Origin: a virus
Lineage: Duplodnaviria > Caudoviricetes
IMG/VR virus record: IMGVR_UViG_3300032253_000241
Coordinates: 1-26,727 of that record
Length of the DNA stretch: 26,727 bases
Reading direction: 5' to 3' (one strand)
In this document: in pieces, positions 1 through 8,932 of the stretch
How positions within the stretch are numbered: the stretch's first letter is position 1
How the letters are laid out: every line of letters starts with the position of its first letter
Position numbers and translations under genes: made by a program
The notes under the pieces: generated by a model
The model's input: only the letters and a program-made list of their open reading frames with translations
Databases searched by the model: none
Told to the model about the DNA's origin: nothing

Positions 1-138
1 CTACTTTTGCCCACCTTTGGGTTTCTTGGCCTCAAGCTGTTTCTTTTCTAGCTCGGCAAAAATATTGGCTTTGAGGAGAGCCTCCTCTGGAGAGGTCTCG
101 CCGGCAAGTGGTTGGCTTTGTTTTTCATGGTCGAGCAT
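1..138 (-). CDS. Small charged hypothetical protein (45 aa, MLDHEKQSQP...KGGQK), last gene of a 3-ORF operon
   Basis: ATG at 138 lies 7 nt after the stop of the 146-343 ORF; TAG stop at 1-3. The longer 1-300 call overlaps the upstream gene, so the ATG at 138 is preferred. Confidence 0.5.
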   Translation of the reverse strand: MLDHEKQSQPLAGETSPEEALLKANIFAELEKKQLEAKKPKGGQK

Positions 139-145
139 TGGTTTA

Positions 146-343
146 TTATTTGTTTTCTTCATCATCATCTCCGTCGATAATTTTTTGCATATCACCCGAA
201 ACGAGCTGATCAGGTTCGTTTTCAGCTTTTTTCTTATATTCCTGCATTTCCTTTGCGGCCATTTGTTCAATTTCTTCCGGTGTCCAGCCCGTTTTTTCAC
301 GTTTTTTCTTTTGAGCTTTTTTGAGGTCGGTTATGTTATTCAT
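146..343 (-). CDS. Small charged hypothetical protein (65 aa), acidic C-terminus
   Basis: ATG overlaps the TAA of the upstream gene (GAGGTCTTATAATG on the minus strand, includes an RBS), indicating translational coupling. Confidence 0.65.
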   Translation of the reverse strand: MNNITDLKKAQKKKREKTGWTPEEIEQMAAKEMQEYKKKAENEPDQLVSGDMQKIIDGDDDEENK

Positions 344-867
344 TATAAGACCTCCCGAAATAGATAATCTTTCTTGTCAACATAGGTATATCCAAAGCTT
401 TCATAATAATGTTTCACGTCATCATTGATTGGGTTCATTATTCTGATTTCAGAAGCATTGATAAAGCGAGCGTATATTCCATACGCGACTAATATCATAT
501 CGAATATTGGGGGTCTATCCCCTAAATCTGGTGGAGAAGCTTCAACCACGTCCAGTCTTAATGCCGTGCCATGATAGGTCGGCCTGCCCATAGATAGCCC
601 AATAAGCTTGTTTGTTTCCCACAGAGCTATTTCAAAGCGTTTAGGGTATCTGAATTTAAAAGCGTTATACCCTTCAAACCAGTCCCAGTCGACCTGCCGG
701 ATGGGAGATTGGCCCCACAGCTTTGATGCGGAAAGCGCCATAGGCGTAATGGTTGTGGAAGTAATGTTCTGTTTGCCTGCGCTTTGGAATGTACGCTGGG
801 CTGTGTCGAGCGCCATTTTACGGAGTTTTGTGTATCGTTGTTCTGCTTCAATATGTGTTGCTAGCAT
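343..867 (-). CDS. Hypothetical protein, possible GNAT-like fold (174 aa)
   Basis: GGGAGAG RBS precedes ATG 867. Beta-strand pattern IALW...LIGLSMG, LRLDVVE and C-terminal NPIN..VKHYYESFGY resemble GNAT motif B. No canonical R/QxxGxG motif. Confidence 0.6.
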   Translation of the reverse strand: MLATHIEAEQRYTKLRKMALDTAQRTFQSAGKQNITSTTITPMALSASKLWGQSPIRQVDWDWFEGYNAFKFRYPKRFEIALWETNKLIGLSMGRPTYHGTALRLDVVEASPPDLGDRPPIFDMILVAYGIYARFINASEIRIMNPINDDVKHYYESFGYTYVDKKDYLFREVL

Positions 868-1189
868 TCTACTGCTCTCCCTTGCGAAAAAATACACGCA
901 TTATTATGAGGTGATTATTGTAGTATGCAAGAAAATTAATAAATCAGATATGGATAACATCATTGGCTTTATTTTGCTTTGTCATTATTAGTTTTAAAGG
1001 GGCAAGTGAACATAGATCTGTTAGTAGCATTAGGAGTTGTTAATGAAGCAATGGAAAAAATGTAGATTTTAATGCTTGTGTTGGATAGAGCGGATGCTGT
1101 ATTTTTATCTTGATTTAATCATGTTGAATGATTCGGCTGGATAATTTCACAACTCTAGCCTCAAAACTAAAATGATAAGGAGAAAGAGT

Positions 1190-2713
1190 GTGGTTGATCT
1201 AGTGCAGAAAAAAGTAGGGAAATTAATTGGGTTAAAAAAATCTGAATTTAATCAATTAATTGTTTCAAAAGAAATTAGCTTGAGAAAACCCCGCCTCATC
1301 CCGGTTTATAAGCTAGGTGATGAAATGGCACTTACTTCGGTGCTGCTTTCATCAATACGGCTAGTTAAAGAGTTCAAACAGGCCTTACTGTCAGAGGCAA
1401 AAATGCAAATTGGCGGGACGCTGTATGTTTATTCTGAGGTGGAGTTTAAAGATTTTCCTGAATCTCGCATTGACGGGCTAATCCTGGTTGTTAAATCCGG
1501 CACGATTCGAGATGCTGCTATTGTTGAAGTCAAGAATGGCAAAAATGAGCTGGAAAAAGAGCAGCTTGAACGTTATCAACAGATAGCAAAAAAATATGCT
1601 ATCCCTAAATTTATTACTATATCAAATCAGTTTGTTTCAGATAGCACACAGTCACCCGTGAGCATTAAAAATGTTCGTGGGCTGGAGATGCATCACTTCT
1701 CATGGACATATCTCCTAACTATTGCGCATGTGTTGTTGTTCGAGGGGGATGCCGCAATAGAGGATGAAGATCAGGTTGAGATTATGCGAGAGGTAGTCAA
1801 TTACCTTGAGTGGGATAAATCAGGTGTTTTTGGTCTCAACCAAATGAAGGCAGGGTGGGTCGATGTAGTTGATAAGATTAATGCCGGTGCAAGCCTTAAA
1901 GCTACCGATGAGTGTGTCCAGGAGGCTGTATTAAGCTGGCAGCAAGAAGAGCGTGATATGGCGCTACTACTGAGTCGCAAACTGGGTGTTCTGGTGCAAT
2001 CTGGTGCAACAAAGTTTAAAGGGAAGCTGGATGAGAGGCTAAAATCTGACTGTAAAGAATTGGTCTCGACTAAGCAGCTATCATCAGTACTGCGTGTAAG
2101 AGGCGCTGCATCAGATATTCAGGTACAGCCCTTATTTGAAAAGCGAACGATAGAGATGAGTGTATTTTTGAAATCCCCTGAAGATAAAACACTAAAAGGT
2201 CAGCTAGGGTGGCTTAAACGGCAGCTGGATACCTGTGTGAAAAAGAATGACGCCTTACTAACTGAACTTTTGAAAGAGACTTATCTGGAGGTCTTAATCA
2301 AAAAGAGTCCTGTGGCTGAGCGATTTTCAATTGAGGACTTTGTAAATGCAGGTGAAAGACTGAAAGGCAAGGAGATTCGTGAGTTTAAAATTATTTATCT
2401 GAAAGATTTTAGTAAGAAATTTTCTTCTCCGAGAAAGTTTGTCGAAATGATAGAGCAGATGTTAACGGATTATTATATGGGCATCGTGCAGCATCTCAAT
2501 AAATGGGAGCCGTCAGCACCTAAAATGGTAAATAAGCAGGATGTTGTTGAGAATGAGGCTTTTATAGATGCTGTGAATGACGGGGTTGTACTGTCTAATG
2601 TTCAAGAGGGTGGAGTACCTCATGGAGAGGTGGTTTTTCAAGTGTTTGATTCGTCGGACAGTGATGATGGGGAAAATACGTTAGATGAAGTCGGCTCTGA
2701 TTCTGAGGTTTAA
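1190..2713 (+). CDS. Large protein with N-terminal PD-(D/E)XK nuclease-like domain
   Basis: AAGGAG RBS at 1177-1182 precedes GTG 1190 (ORF track starts at 1172). Motifs SEVEF, RIDGL, IVEVKNG and EQLERY fit restriction-endonuclease-like catalytic motifs. Acidic tail. Confidence 0.7.
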   Translation: MVDLVQKKVGKLIGLKKSEFNQLIVSKEISLRKPRLIPVYKLGDEMALTSVLLSSIRLVKEFKQALLSEAKMQIGGTLYVYSEVEFKDFPESRIDGLILVVKSGTIRDAAIVEVKNGKNELEKEQLERYQQIAKKYAIPKFITISNQFVSDSTQSPVSIKNVRGLEMHHFSWTYLLTIAHVLLFEGDAAIEDEDQVEIMREVVNYLEWDKSGVFGLNQMKAGWVDVVDKINAGASLKATDECVQEAVLSWQQEERDMALLLSRKLGVLVQSGATKFKGKLDERLKSDCKELVSTKQLSSVLRVRGAASDIQVQPLFEKRTIEMSVFLKSPEDKTLKGQLGWLKRQLDTCVKKNDALLTELLKETYLEVLIKKSPVAERFSIEDFVNAGERLKGKEIREFKIIYLKDFSKKFSSPRKFVEMIEQMLTDYYMGIVQHLNKWEPSAPKMVNKQDVVENEAFIDAVNDGVVLSNVQEGGVPHGEVVFQVFDSSDSDDGENTLDEVGSDSEV

Positions 2714-2725
2714 CGGCTTATGAGG

Positions 2726-2754
2726 TTTTAACATAACTTTAAATTATGCACGTG
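2726..2754 (-). other. dif-like XerCD recombination site with 7-bp spacer
   Basis: Minus strand reads CACGTGCATAA-TTTAAAG-TTATGTTAAAA. The right arm matches the E. coli dif XerD arm TTATGTTAAAT at 10/11; the left arm shares the GCATAA inner core of the XerC arm. Confidence 0.6.
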
Positions 2755-2917
2755 GGCTGTTTGGCTGTGATGTCTGTAATTAATATAGGGCTTATAAGCG
2801 ACAACTATCCTGACACAGAGGGATTGTTTTGTGTTTTTAAAATTGGTGAAGGTTTAAGCTGTTTAATATGGGACAAAAATATAGATTCTGACTTCAGTTT
2901 ATTATGTATAAACTTTG

Positions 2918-2993
2918 CTGGGCGTCGCGCCCAGGCCAACCCCGTGACTGACAATTATCAATCACATTAAGCGCTTGTGTCAGAAACGGGGTT
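2918..2993. repeat. GC-rich hairpin plus 16-bp imperfect inverted repeat
   Basis: CTGGGCG-TCG-CGCCCAG at 2918-2934. AACCCCGTGACTGACA (2938-2953) and TGTCAGAAACGGGGTT (2978-2993) match at 14/16. Confidence 0.6.
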
Positions 2994-3365
2994 AAATAAA
3001 GTTTACGTTTCACTTCTCATATGGGCCTATAGACCAGGCATTACCCGGTAAAGGTCGAGTTACATGATCTTTATCCGTGTTGAACCCTACCCTCCATCAT
3101 CATCGCCATTCAGGGCACCCTCGATAACCAAAGAACGCACAAGAACGAGGTCAGCCATTAGCAGTTCCCAGAATTTTGATCAGACTCTGACTATATTGAT
3201 ACTATTCAATTAGTTAGCTTGATCTGAACCAATTCATTCTACGTCCTATTCATCTCTGATTCTAATAACGCTTACATAATTGCAGGATTTACCCTACAAA
3301 TCATTCAAAGTGAATGTGTTACACTGGAACAATCAATATTGTTAAATGCACCTAATGAAAAAATC

Positions 3366-3390
3366 AAAAGTCCCTTTATTGGGACTTTTT
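3366..3390. terminator. Bidirectional intrinsic terminator-like hairpin
   Basis: AAAAGTCCC-TTTATT-GGGACTTTTT perfect stem with A-run and T-run flanks. Confidence 0.6.
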
Positions 3391-3453
3391 TAATGCACTC
3401 ACATTATTCATACTTTAACAATATAGGCTCGTTTAAAACAGGATAGATACATT

Positions 3454-6264
3454 ATGAATATAAAAACCATTGCAATAACTACATCAATAATACTATTAAC
3501 TTCATGCGGTGGCGGTGGAGGAAGCACTCCCACAACTTCTGGCGATAGAAGTTGTGATGAAGGAAAATTTACATACATCTTACTAGATGATGGTGTAACT
3601 GGAGAAGAGCTATATAAAACGAATGGTGAAGCAGACTGTACTACTTTAATACAAGATATTAATAAAAATAGCTCTAGCTCAGCTGATGATCGACAACGTT
3701 GGGATTTAGGTAATGGCACAATTATATTTAAAGCCAATGATGGAATAAATGGCAGTGAACTTTGGAGCCATAATGCTAACGGCACTTCATTGGTATTCGA
3801 TCACAATGTAGATGGAAATATTTCTCTCAATACAAGTAAAGTGATTGAAGGAGGCGACTCACTTGGTAGTGGTCTTCCTTTAAATGGCCGCCTTTATTAT
3901 GTAATCGACTCACCTAATGACTCAGCTAATGAACTATGGACAACTGATGGTACAGAGCAAGGAACTTATATGCTCTATAGTTCAACATCAATCAACCAGT
4001 TAATAGCATTTAATAATGAAGTATATTTCACATCATTTGAAAGTGGTATTAATAGTTTGTGGAAAACCGATGGAAGCATTATCGGCACTGTTGAATTTTC
4101 AGTGAATAAAACAAGCAATCCGTTCGTACTGAATTCAAAACTCTACTACATTGTTGATAACATCACTTTAGTTCAAACAGATGGAACTAATAACGGCACG
4201 TTTACAATTGGTTCAATTCCTTCCGGTACAATCATAAGTATGATTGCAGTTAATAATGCTCTTTTAATGACCGTGAGTACTGACACAGGTAGTTTTTTAT
4301 ATAAGAGTGATGGAACGACAGCCCCTAATCTATTAACAGGATTAAATACCGTTGCAAATTCAGGTGTAGTCCTCTATAGATTCTCTCTAACATCGGCCAA
4401 TATATTCTTTACTGCAATTAATGAAAATGGAGCGCTATCACTGTGGAAATCAGACGGCACTGAAAATGGAACCATTAATTTTGGTGTGATTAATGAAAAC
4501 AATAATCCATCTGCAAGATTTTTTACTGAATTTAATGGGAAAACATATTTCCAGGCAAATGATGGCATTAATGGTGCTGAGTTGTGGGAAATAAATGGTA
4601 ATGTTTTATCTATGGTTGACCTTGATGATACAACTGAAAGCCGAGCATATGATTTTACCGTTTTAGATAATGCGCTTTACTTTATTGCAAAAGATAGCAT
4701 GCATGGATTTCAGCTTTGGGCACATAATGGATCTCAGGCACTAAAAGTAACTGATACATTTGTTCCATATGGTACAAAAGGATTACAAGACCTTGTTGCG
4801 TACAGAAATAGTCTTTATTTCATTGGTAGTGATAGCGAAGGCAGTGAACTTTGGAAAAGTGATGGAAGCACCTCCGGTACAGTTCGTGTAACTAATATAA
4901 ATCCATTTGGAGATTCAATTTACATTTTTGGTGATTTGCATATATTTGATGATTTATTGTACTTCGAAGCAAATGATGGCGTACATGGCCGAGAACTATG
5001 GAAAAGTGATGGCACAACAGTTAACACAGAAATAACATTTGATATTAATCAGAAGAACATAAGAACTGATTTAAGATCACTGTTTACACTAAACAATAAT
5101 GATTATGTATTTGCTAATGATGGTGCTAGTCAGGCTTTATGGGCTATTGACGATACGGGAATTGTTATAGTTAAGCGAATCCCAGGTGATGCAATAATCA
5201 ACCAAACACAGGAGCATAATGGGTTTGTATATTTTGTTGTGGTCAATTCTGCTCTCTCTGATGGTATATGGCGCACTGATGGCACAGCTAATAACACAAC
5301 ACGTATACTTGACTCAACTAGTCTAAATCCGGCAAATGTTTTTTATACAACTGGCCTTGCTTCATATAATGGTGAGTTTTATTTTCTTTCTCAACATGCA
5401 ACAAATGGTTTTGGTTTATATAAGCTAAGAGCTTTAGATAATGAATTAACATTAGTAAAAACGCTTAATCCAACTGGTTCAAGTAGTCGCCGCTTCGGCA
5501 TAATAATTCATCAAAACAAAATGTTTTTTAACGCAGATGATGGGGTTAATGGCCAGGAAATATGGGTTAGTGACGGCACAACAGATGGGACAAGAATTTT
5601 GTTTGATCCTAGTCCAGTATCAGGGGTAACACCATCACTTTTAACTGCTACTGATACAAAATTATATTTTAGTGTTTTCGTAAACCCCGTTATAGAGCTT
5701 TGGGAAAGTGACGGGGAAACTGCAGTTAAACTAGATTCAGGATTTTTGCCACTACAAGCGAAAGAACTAAATAATTCAGTCTATTTTTTAGGTGTGCAAG
5801 AATTATTCAAAGGAACCAACACAACAACGCTCTATAAGTATGATGGCGCTATTTTCACATCACTTCATACATTTGATCAAAGACCGGGACAACTCGTTCG
5901 CTATAACGGGAAGTTATATTTTGAAGCGGATGATCCAGTTAACCCAGACACTCATTCAGCACTATGGGTAAGTGATGGCACAGTGGAGGGTACTAAAGTT
6001 TTAAAATCAATATTTGTTAAAGAAGTTGAAGCTTCAACTGGAGAAATACGACCATATGTTCAAGTTCCAAACGGAATTGATGAAATTGAAGCCGCAGGAG
6101 ATCGGTTGTATTTCTCTTTTTTTGATGCTGAACATGGTAATGAGCTGTGGGTAAGTGACGGAACAGAAGAGGGTACTCACATAGTAAAAGACATTGTGCC
6201 TGGACCCGTTAGCGGTATAAGCAGTGAAGCGCTTGAACTAATTAGAGACCATTATCAATTTTAG
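3454..6264 (+). CDS. ELWxxDGT-repeat lipoprotein (predicted multi beta-propeller, cell surface)
   Basis: Lipobox LLTSC followed by GGGGGS linker. More than ten ELWxxDG(T/S)-type repeats (ELWTTDGT, ELWKSDGT, EIWVSDGT, ELWVSDGT) preceded by F.A.DG..G motifs. Confidence 0.9.
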   Translation: MNIKTIAITTSIILLTSCGGGGGSTPTTSGDRSCDEGKFTYILLDDGVTGEELYKTNGEADCTTLIQDINKNSSSSADDRQRWDLGNGTIIFKANDGINGSELWSHNANGTSLVFDHNVDGNISLNTSKVIEGGDSLGSGLPLNGRLYYVIDSPNDSANELWTTDGTEQGTYMLYSSTSINQLIAFNNEVYFTSFESGINSLWKTDGSIIGTVEFSVNKTSNPFVLNSKLYYIVDNITLVQTDGTNNGTFTIGSIPSGTIISMIAVNNALLMTVSTDTGSFLYKSDGTTAPNLLTGLNTVANSGVVLYRFSLTSANIFFTAINENGALSLWKSDGTENGTINFGVINENNNPSARFFTEFNGKTYFQANDGINGAELWEINGNVLSMVDLDDTTESRAYDFTVLDNALYFIAKDSMHGFQLWAHNGSQALKVTDTFVPYGTKGLQDLVAYRNSLYFIGSDSEGSELWKSDGSTSGTVRVTNINPFGDSIYIFGDLHIFDDLLYFEANDGVHGRELWKSDGTTVNTEITFDINQKNIRTDLRSLFTLNNNDYVFANDGASQALWAIDDTGIVIVKRIPGDAIINQTQEHNGFVYFVVVNSALSDGIWRTDGTANNTTRILDSTSLNPANVFYTTGLASYNGEFYFLSQHATNGFGLYKLRALDNELTLVKTLNPTGSSSRRFGIIIHQNKMFFNADDGVNGQEIWVSDGTTDGTRILFDPSPVSGVTPSLLTATDTKLYFSVFVNPVIELWESDGETAVKLDSGFLPLQAKELNNSVYFLGVQELFKGTNTTTLYKYDGAIFTSLHTFDQRPGQLVRYNGKLYFEADDPVNPDTHSALWVSDGTVEGTKVLKSIFVKEVEASTGEIRPYVQVPNGIDEIEAAGDRLYFSFFDAEHGNELWVSDGTEEGTHIVKDIVPGPVSGISSEALELIRDHYQF

Positions 6265-6309
6265 TATTTATTAAAATTTAACATCGCTCATTACTTACAT
6301 TAATATGAT

Positions 6310-6332
6310 GGAGGGGATTAATATTCCCCTCC
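6310..6332. terminator. GC-rich hairpin between convergent genes, possible terminator
   Basis: GGAGGGGA-TTAATAT-TCCCCTCC 8-bp stem, but no canonical U tract. Confidence 0.35.
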
Positions 6333-6423
6333 CCCCCTCCAAAATAAAAGGGAAAAAAGAGAAGAGAAAAAAGGCATTATATGTGGTCCCTTTCTTCTCC
6401 AATCCGGACATCCACCGGGGTAG

Positions 6424-7614
6424 CTAGGTGTTAAGTTTCAGCCCCGATTCCACAACATTATACTCAACAACATCTTTCCGATGCCGATCCAAATAAACCT
6501 GCGTCATCTTAGCATCAGCATGCCCAAGCAATTGCTGAATAGCCTCCTCTGTCCACCCCGCTTCCCGATATAAATCAGCCCCCAAAGCCCGAATCTCATG
6601 AAACGAAGGCCGTTCCCGAGGTTCCAGTTCATCAAATATACCCAGTGCATCCCGGAGCTCACTAAAATGTTTAGTCGCTTTATCTTCGGTCACTGATGTC
6701 CAATGGTTCTTTGAGTCCAGCTGCGCGCGCGACACTTTGATAGGTTTATAATGGATTAGATAAGGCGAGGGCACATTATCTCGGCAACGCTTAATAATAC
6801 CATCCAGCTCCGGCCCAATATTAATCGCCATGGCCCGCCCGGTTTTAATCTGTACAAAGCGCAGCTGATTATTCTCAATCTGCGCAAATTCCATCACCAC
6901 TAAATCTTCCCGGCGCTGAAGTGTCTGTAAGGCTAAATCCAGTACATTTTTATACCATGGGGCGGCAGCTTCATAAATCTGCTGGAAGGCTGCCAGTGGC
7001 AGACGCTGGCGTTTAATCTCTTCGGTTTTCTTGATTGTATCATCCGCATTATTGCGGTCGCATTCACCGTCTCCTATCGCCTGTTTCAGGATTTGAATCA
7101 ATAAACCCCGGCGACGATTCGATGAGGTATCCGGGAATTGATTCAAATACAGGTTAATGGCTTTTCGGGCTTCCCGGCTATGGGTATTGGAGCCAATAAA
7201 CCCAATTGACATCGCCCCCAGTTGACTGCTTTTCATGTGTTCAATCTGGTTGGCATAATCCTGCAGGGTTTTAGGTGAGAGAGGCTGACCTTTTCGGTTG
7301 CGTCGTTTTGGGAGGATGCTGGTGTTAAAGTGATCCAGATAATCGGTGAGCAGGGTATCAGTTTGCGAGGCGCTCTGGCGTAGCTCAACCGGTTGCTGGG
7401 CTAAACTCACCAGTTGCATCACCTGATCATCGGCAGAATAAATGAGGGCGTTCATGCGCTTGGCGGCAATGACGGCCAGTTTCTTGTCCGTACCAAAGCC
7501 GGTTCGTTCCCCAGTATTGGGGTTGCGGTAGCTGTAATAGGTGATCCTGTTTTTCAGAACAGGATGCAAATTATCTGGTAGATCGCGTCTACCTTTCGTG
7601 CGAGGTCGTGCCAT
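6424..7614 (-). CDS. int: Lambda-type tyrosine integrase
   Basis: N-terminal arm-binding domain (DLPDNL..YYSYRNP.TG..GFGTDK). Catalytic R (LQRREDL), K (QIKTG), HxxR (FHEIR), LGH and Y (TQVYL) are all present. Confidence 0.95.
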   Translation of the reverse strand: MARPRTKGRRDLPDNLHPVLKNRITYYSYRNPNTGERTGFGTDKKLAVIAAKRMNALIYSADDQVMQLVSLAQQPVELRQSASQTDTLLTDYLDHFNTSILPKRRNRKGQPLSPKTLQDYANQIEHMKSSQLGAMSIGFIGSNTHSREARKAINLYLNQFPDTSSNRRRGLLIQILKQAIGDGECDRNNADDTIKKTEEIKRQRLPLAAFQQIYEAAAPWYKNVLDLALQTLQRREDLVVMEFAQIENNQLRFVQIKTGRAMAINIGPELDGIIKRCRDNVPSPYLIHYKPIKVSRAQLDSKNHWTSVTEDKATKHFSELRDALGIFDELEPRERPSFHEIRALGADLYREAGWTEEAIQQLLGHADAKMTQVYLDRHRKDVVEYNVVESGLKLNT

Positions 7615-7983
7615 TTATGCCGCCAATACCTTATCCATGAGTGGGTTGCCTGTGGCCCAACACTCGCTTGTTACATTGATGAAGTAAAGTTTTCCATAAC
7701 GAATGCCCGTTATATCGCCATTTTCAACCCAGTTACGCACGGTGCGCACATCCGGGCGGCTACCCTCTACAAAGCGGGCCACAATATAGGCTGGCAAGCT
7801 CATTAACTGGCTGTGTGTGCCTAATCGTTTGTTTTCGGCCTCAATATCCACAAAATAACGCTTTCCGCGCTTAACCCCGGTTAACTCGCCGTTCTCAATC
7901 CAGCCCCGCAAGGTGCGAGTGTTTGGGGCACTACCGGTTACAAATCGGTTTTCCTGATATTGCTCAAGGCTCATCAGCTTCAT
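7615..7983 (-). CDS. xis: Excisionase with two tandem winged-helix domains
   Basis: Abuts int. Two similar halves: MSLEQY..RFVTGSAPNTRTLRGWIENGEL.G...GKRYFV and MSLPAY..RFVEGSRPDVRTVRNWVENGDI.G...GKLYFI. Confidence 0.8.
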   Translation of the reverse strand: MKLMSLEQYQENRFVTGSAPNTRTLRGWIENGELTGVKRGKRYFVDIEAENKRLGTHSQLMSLPAYIVARFVEGSRPDVRTVRNWVENGDITGIRYGKLYFINVTSECWATGNPLMDKVLAA

Positions 7984-8214
7984 TCCGTCTCCAGATACAT
8001 TAGGGGTGGTTTCAGATCAATGACAATATAGCCTGTAATACCCCATCACGGAAGATGCGTAGTGTTTAAAGCTATACGTTTTTGAAGCGACTTGAGTGTG
8101 TGGAGAAAGATAAGGGAAGGGGAATAGCAAAAAATAAACCCGCACCATTAATCAACTATGATCAATTGGCCGGGTCGTTTATCAATGATGATTAATTCTG
8201 ATCAATAAAGGCAA

Positions 8215-8910
8215 CTAGCCCTCATTATCAGACGCTGCGGGTTTCGGATTTAACTGGCTTAACACGCTGCGCCCCTGATCAAAAATACTGTGTAGCAGGT
8301 TGAGCTTTTCATTCAGTGTCGCATTGTTCTTTTCCGAAGCCTGATAGGACAGGGTTAATGTTTTAAACGCTTTTTCCTGTGACGCCTTATCTTTATACAG
8401 CTGCTCTATGACAGTATTGGATTGATTGAGCTTCGCAACGAGTTCAGTGCGATTGGCTTTTAACTCATCCACCGCTTTGCCTAAATTCGATGACAGCTTA
8501 TCCAGGGTGATCGAATTTGTTTCTGAGGTATCCAGCCGTGCATGTAAGCGTGCATTTTCACGCTCCAGTTGCTGGTTACGGTTTTTAAGTTGCGTATAGT
8601 CCAGAGACAGTTTGTCTTTATCTTTTTGTATCAGGTGATTATCTTTTTGCGCTAATGCCCAGCCCGCGGTGGTGAGTCCGCCCAGCAGTATGGCTGCAGA
8701 AAGCCCTGTCGTTAGCTTTTTAATGGTGTTTCTGATCTGATTATCACGCTCGATTTTACGTGTCTCGATGGCCTGTTCCTGCGCCAGCTTGTTTTCCAAT
8801 CGCTTATCCAAGGTGTTTTTTAATTCACTTAAGCGATTTGAAGTGGGTGCAGGCGTATCATTTTTTTTTGTAGATTTGTGTTTAAAGTGCAGTATGTTTT
8901 CATCGGTCAT
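8215..8910 (-). CDS. Single-pass membrane protein with long coiled coil
   Basis: Hydrophobic segment LTTGLSAAILLGGLTTAGWALA flanked by heptad-rich helical sequence. Confidence 0.7.
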   Translation of the reverse strand: MTDENILHFKHKSTKKNDTPAPTSNRLSELKNTLDKRLENKLAQEQAIETRKIERDNQIRNTIKKLTTGLSAAILLGGLTTAGWALAQKDNHLIQKDKDKLSLDYTQLKNRNQQLERENARLHARLDTSETNSITLDKLSSNLGKAVDELKANRTELVAKLNQSNTVIEQLYKDKASQEKAFKTLTLSYQASEKNNATLNEKLNLLHSIFDQGRSVLSQLNPKPAASDNEG

Positions 8911-8932
8911 AATTAAGGCATCCTGTCCGTGT

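Noticed and set aside
17-991. Plus-strand ORFs 17-367 and 608-991, minus ORF 627-851, and the long 1-300 call
   Set aside because: Shadows or overlaps of the coupled minus-strand operon, which has better RBS and junction evidence.
2704-2732. TGAGGTTT(T)AAC short direct repeat
   Set aside because: Only two short copies. It overlaps the dif-like arm but has no independent support.
2746-2970. 74-aa ORF
   Set aside because: Starts inside the dif-like site, has no RBS, and shows no recognisable motif.
3454-6264. Possible CRISPR or DNA repeat array
   Set aside because: The repetition is at protein level (ELWxxDGT) with diverged codons. I saw no repeat-spacer array or cas genes anywhere in the window.
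6265-6423. attL core matching an attR after the portal
   Set aside because: No convincing direct repeat found by eye. CCGGGGTA near 6416 matches TACCCCGG near 25992 only in inverted orientation and over 8 bp.
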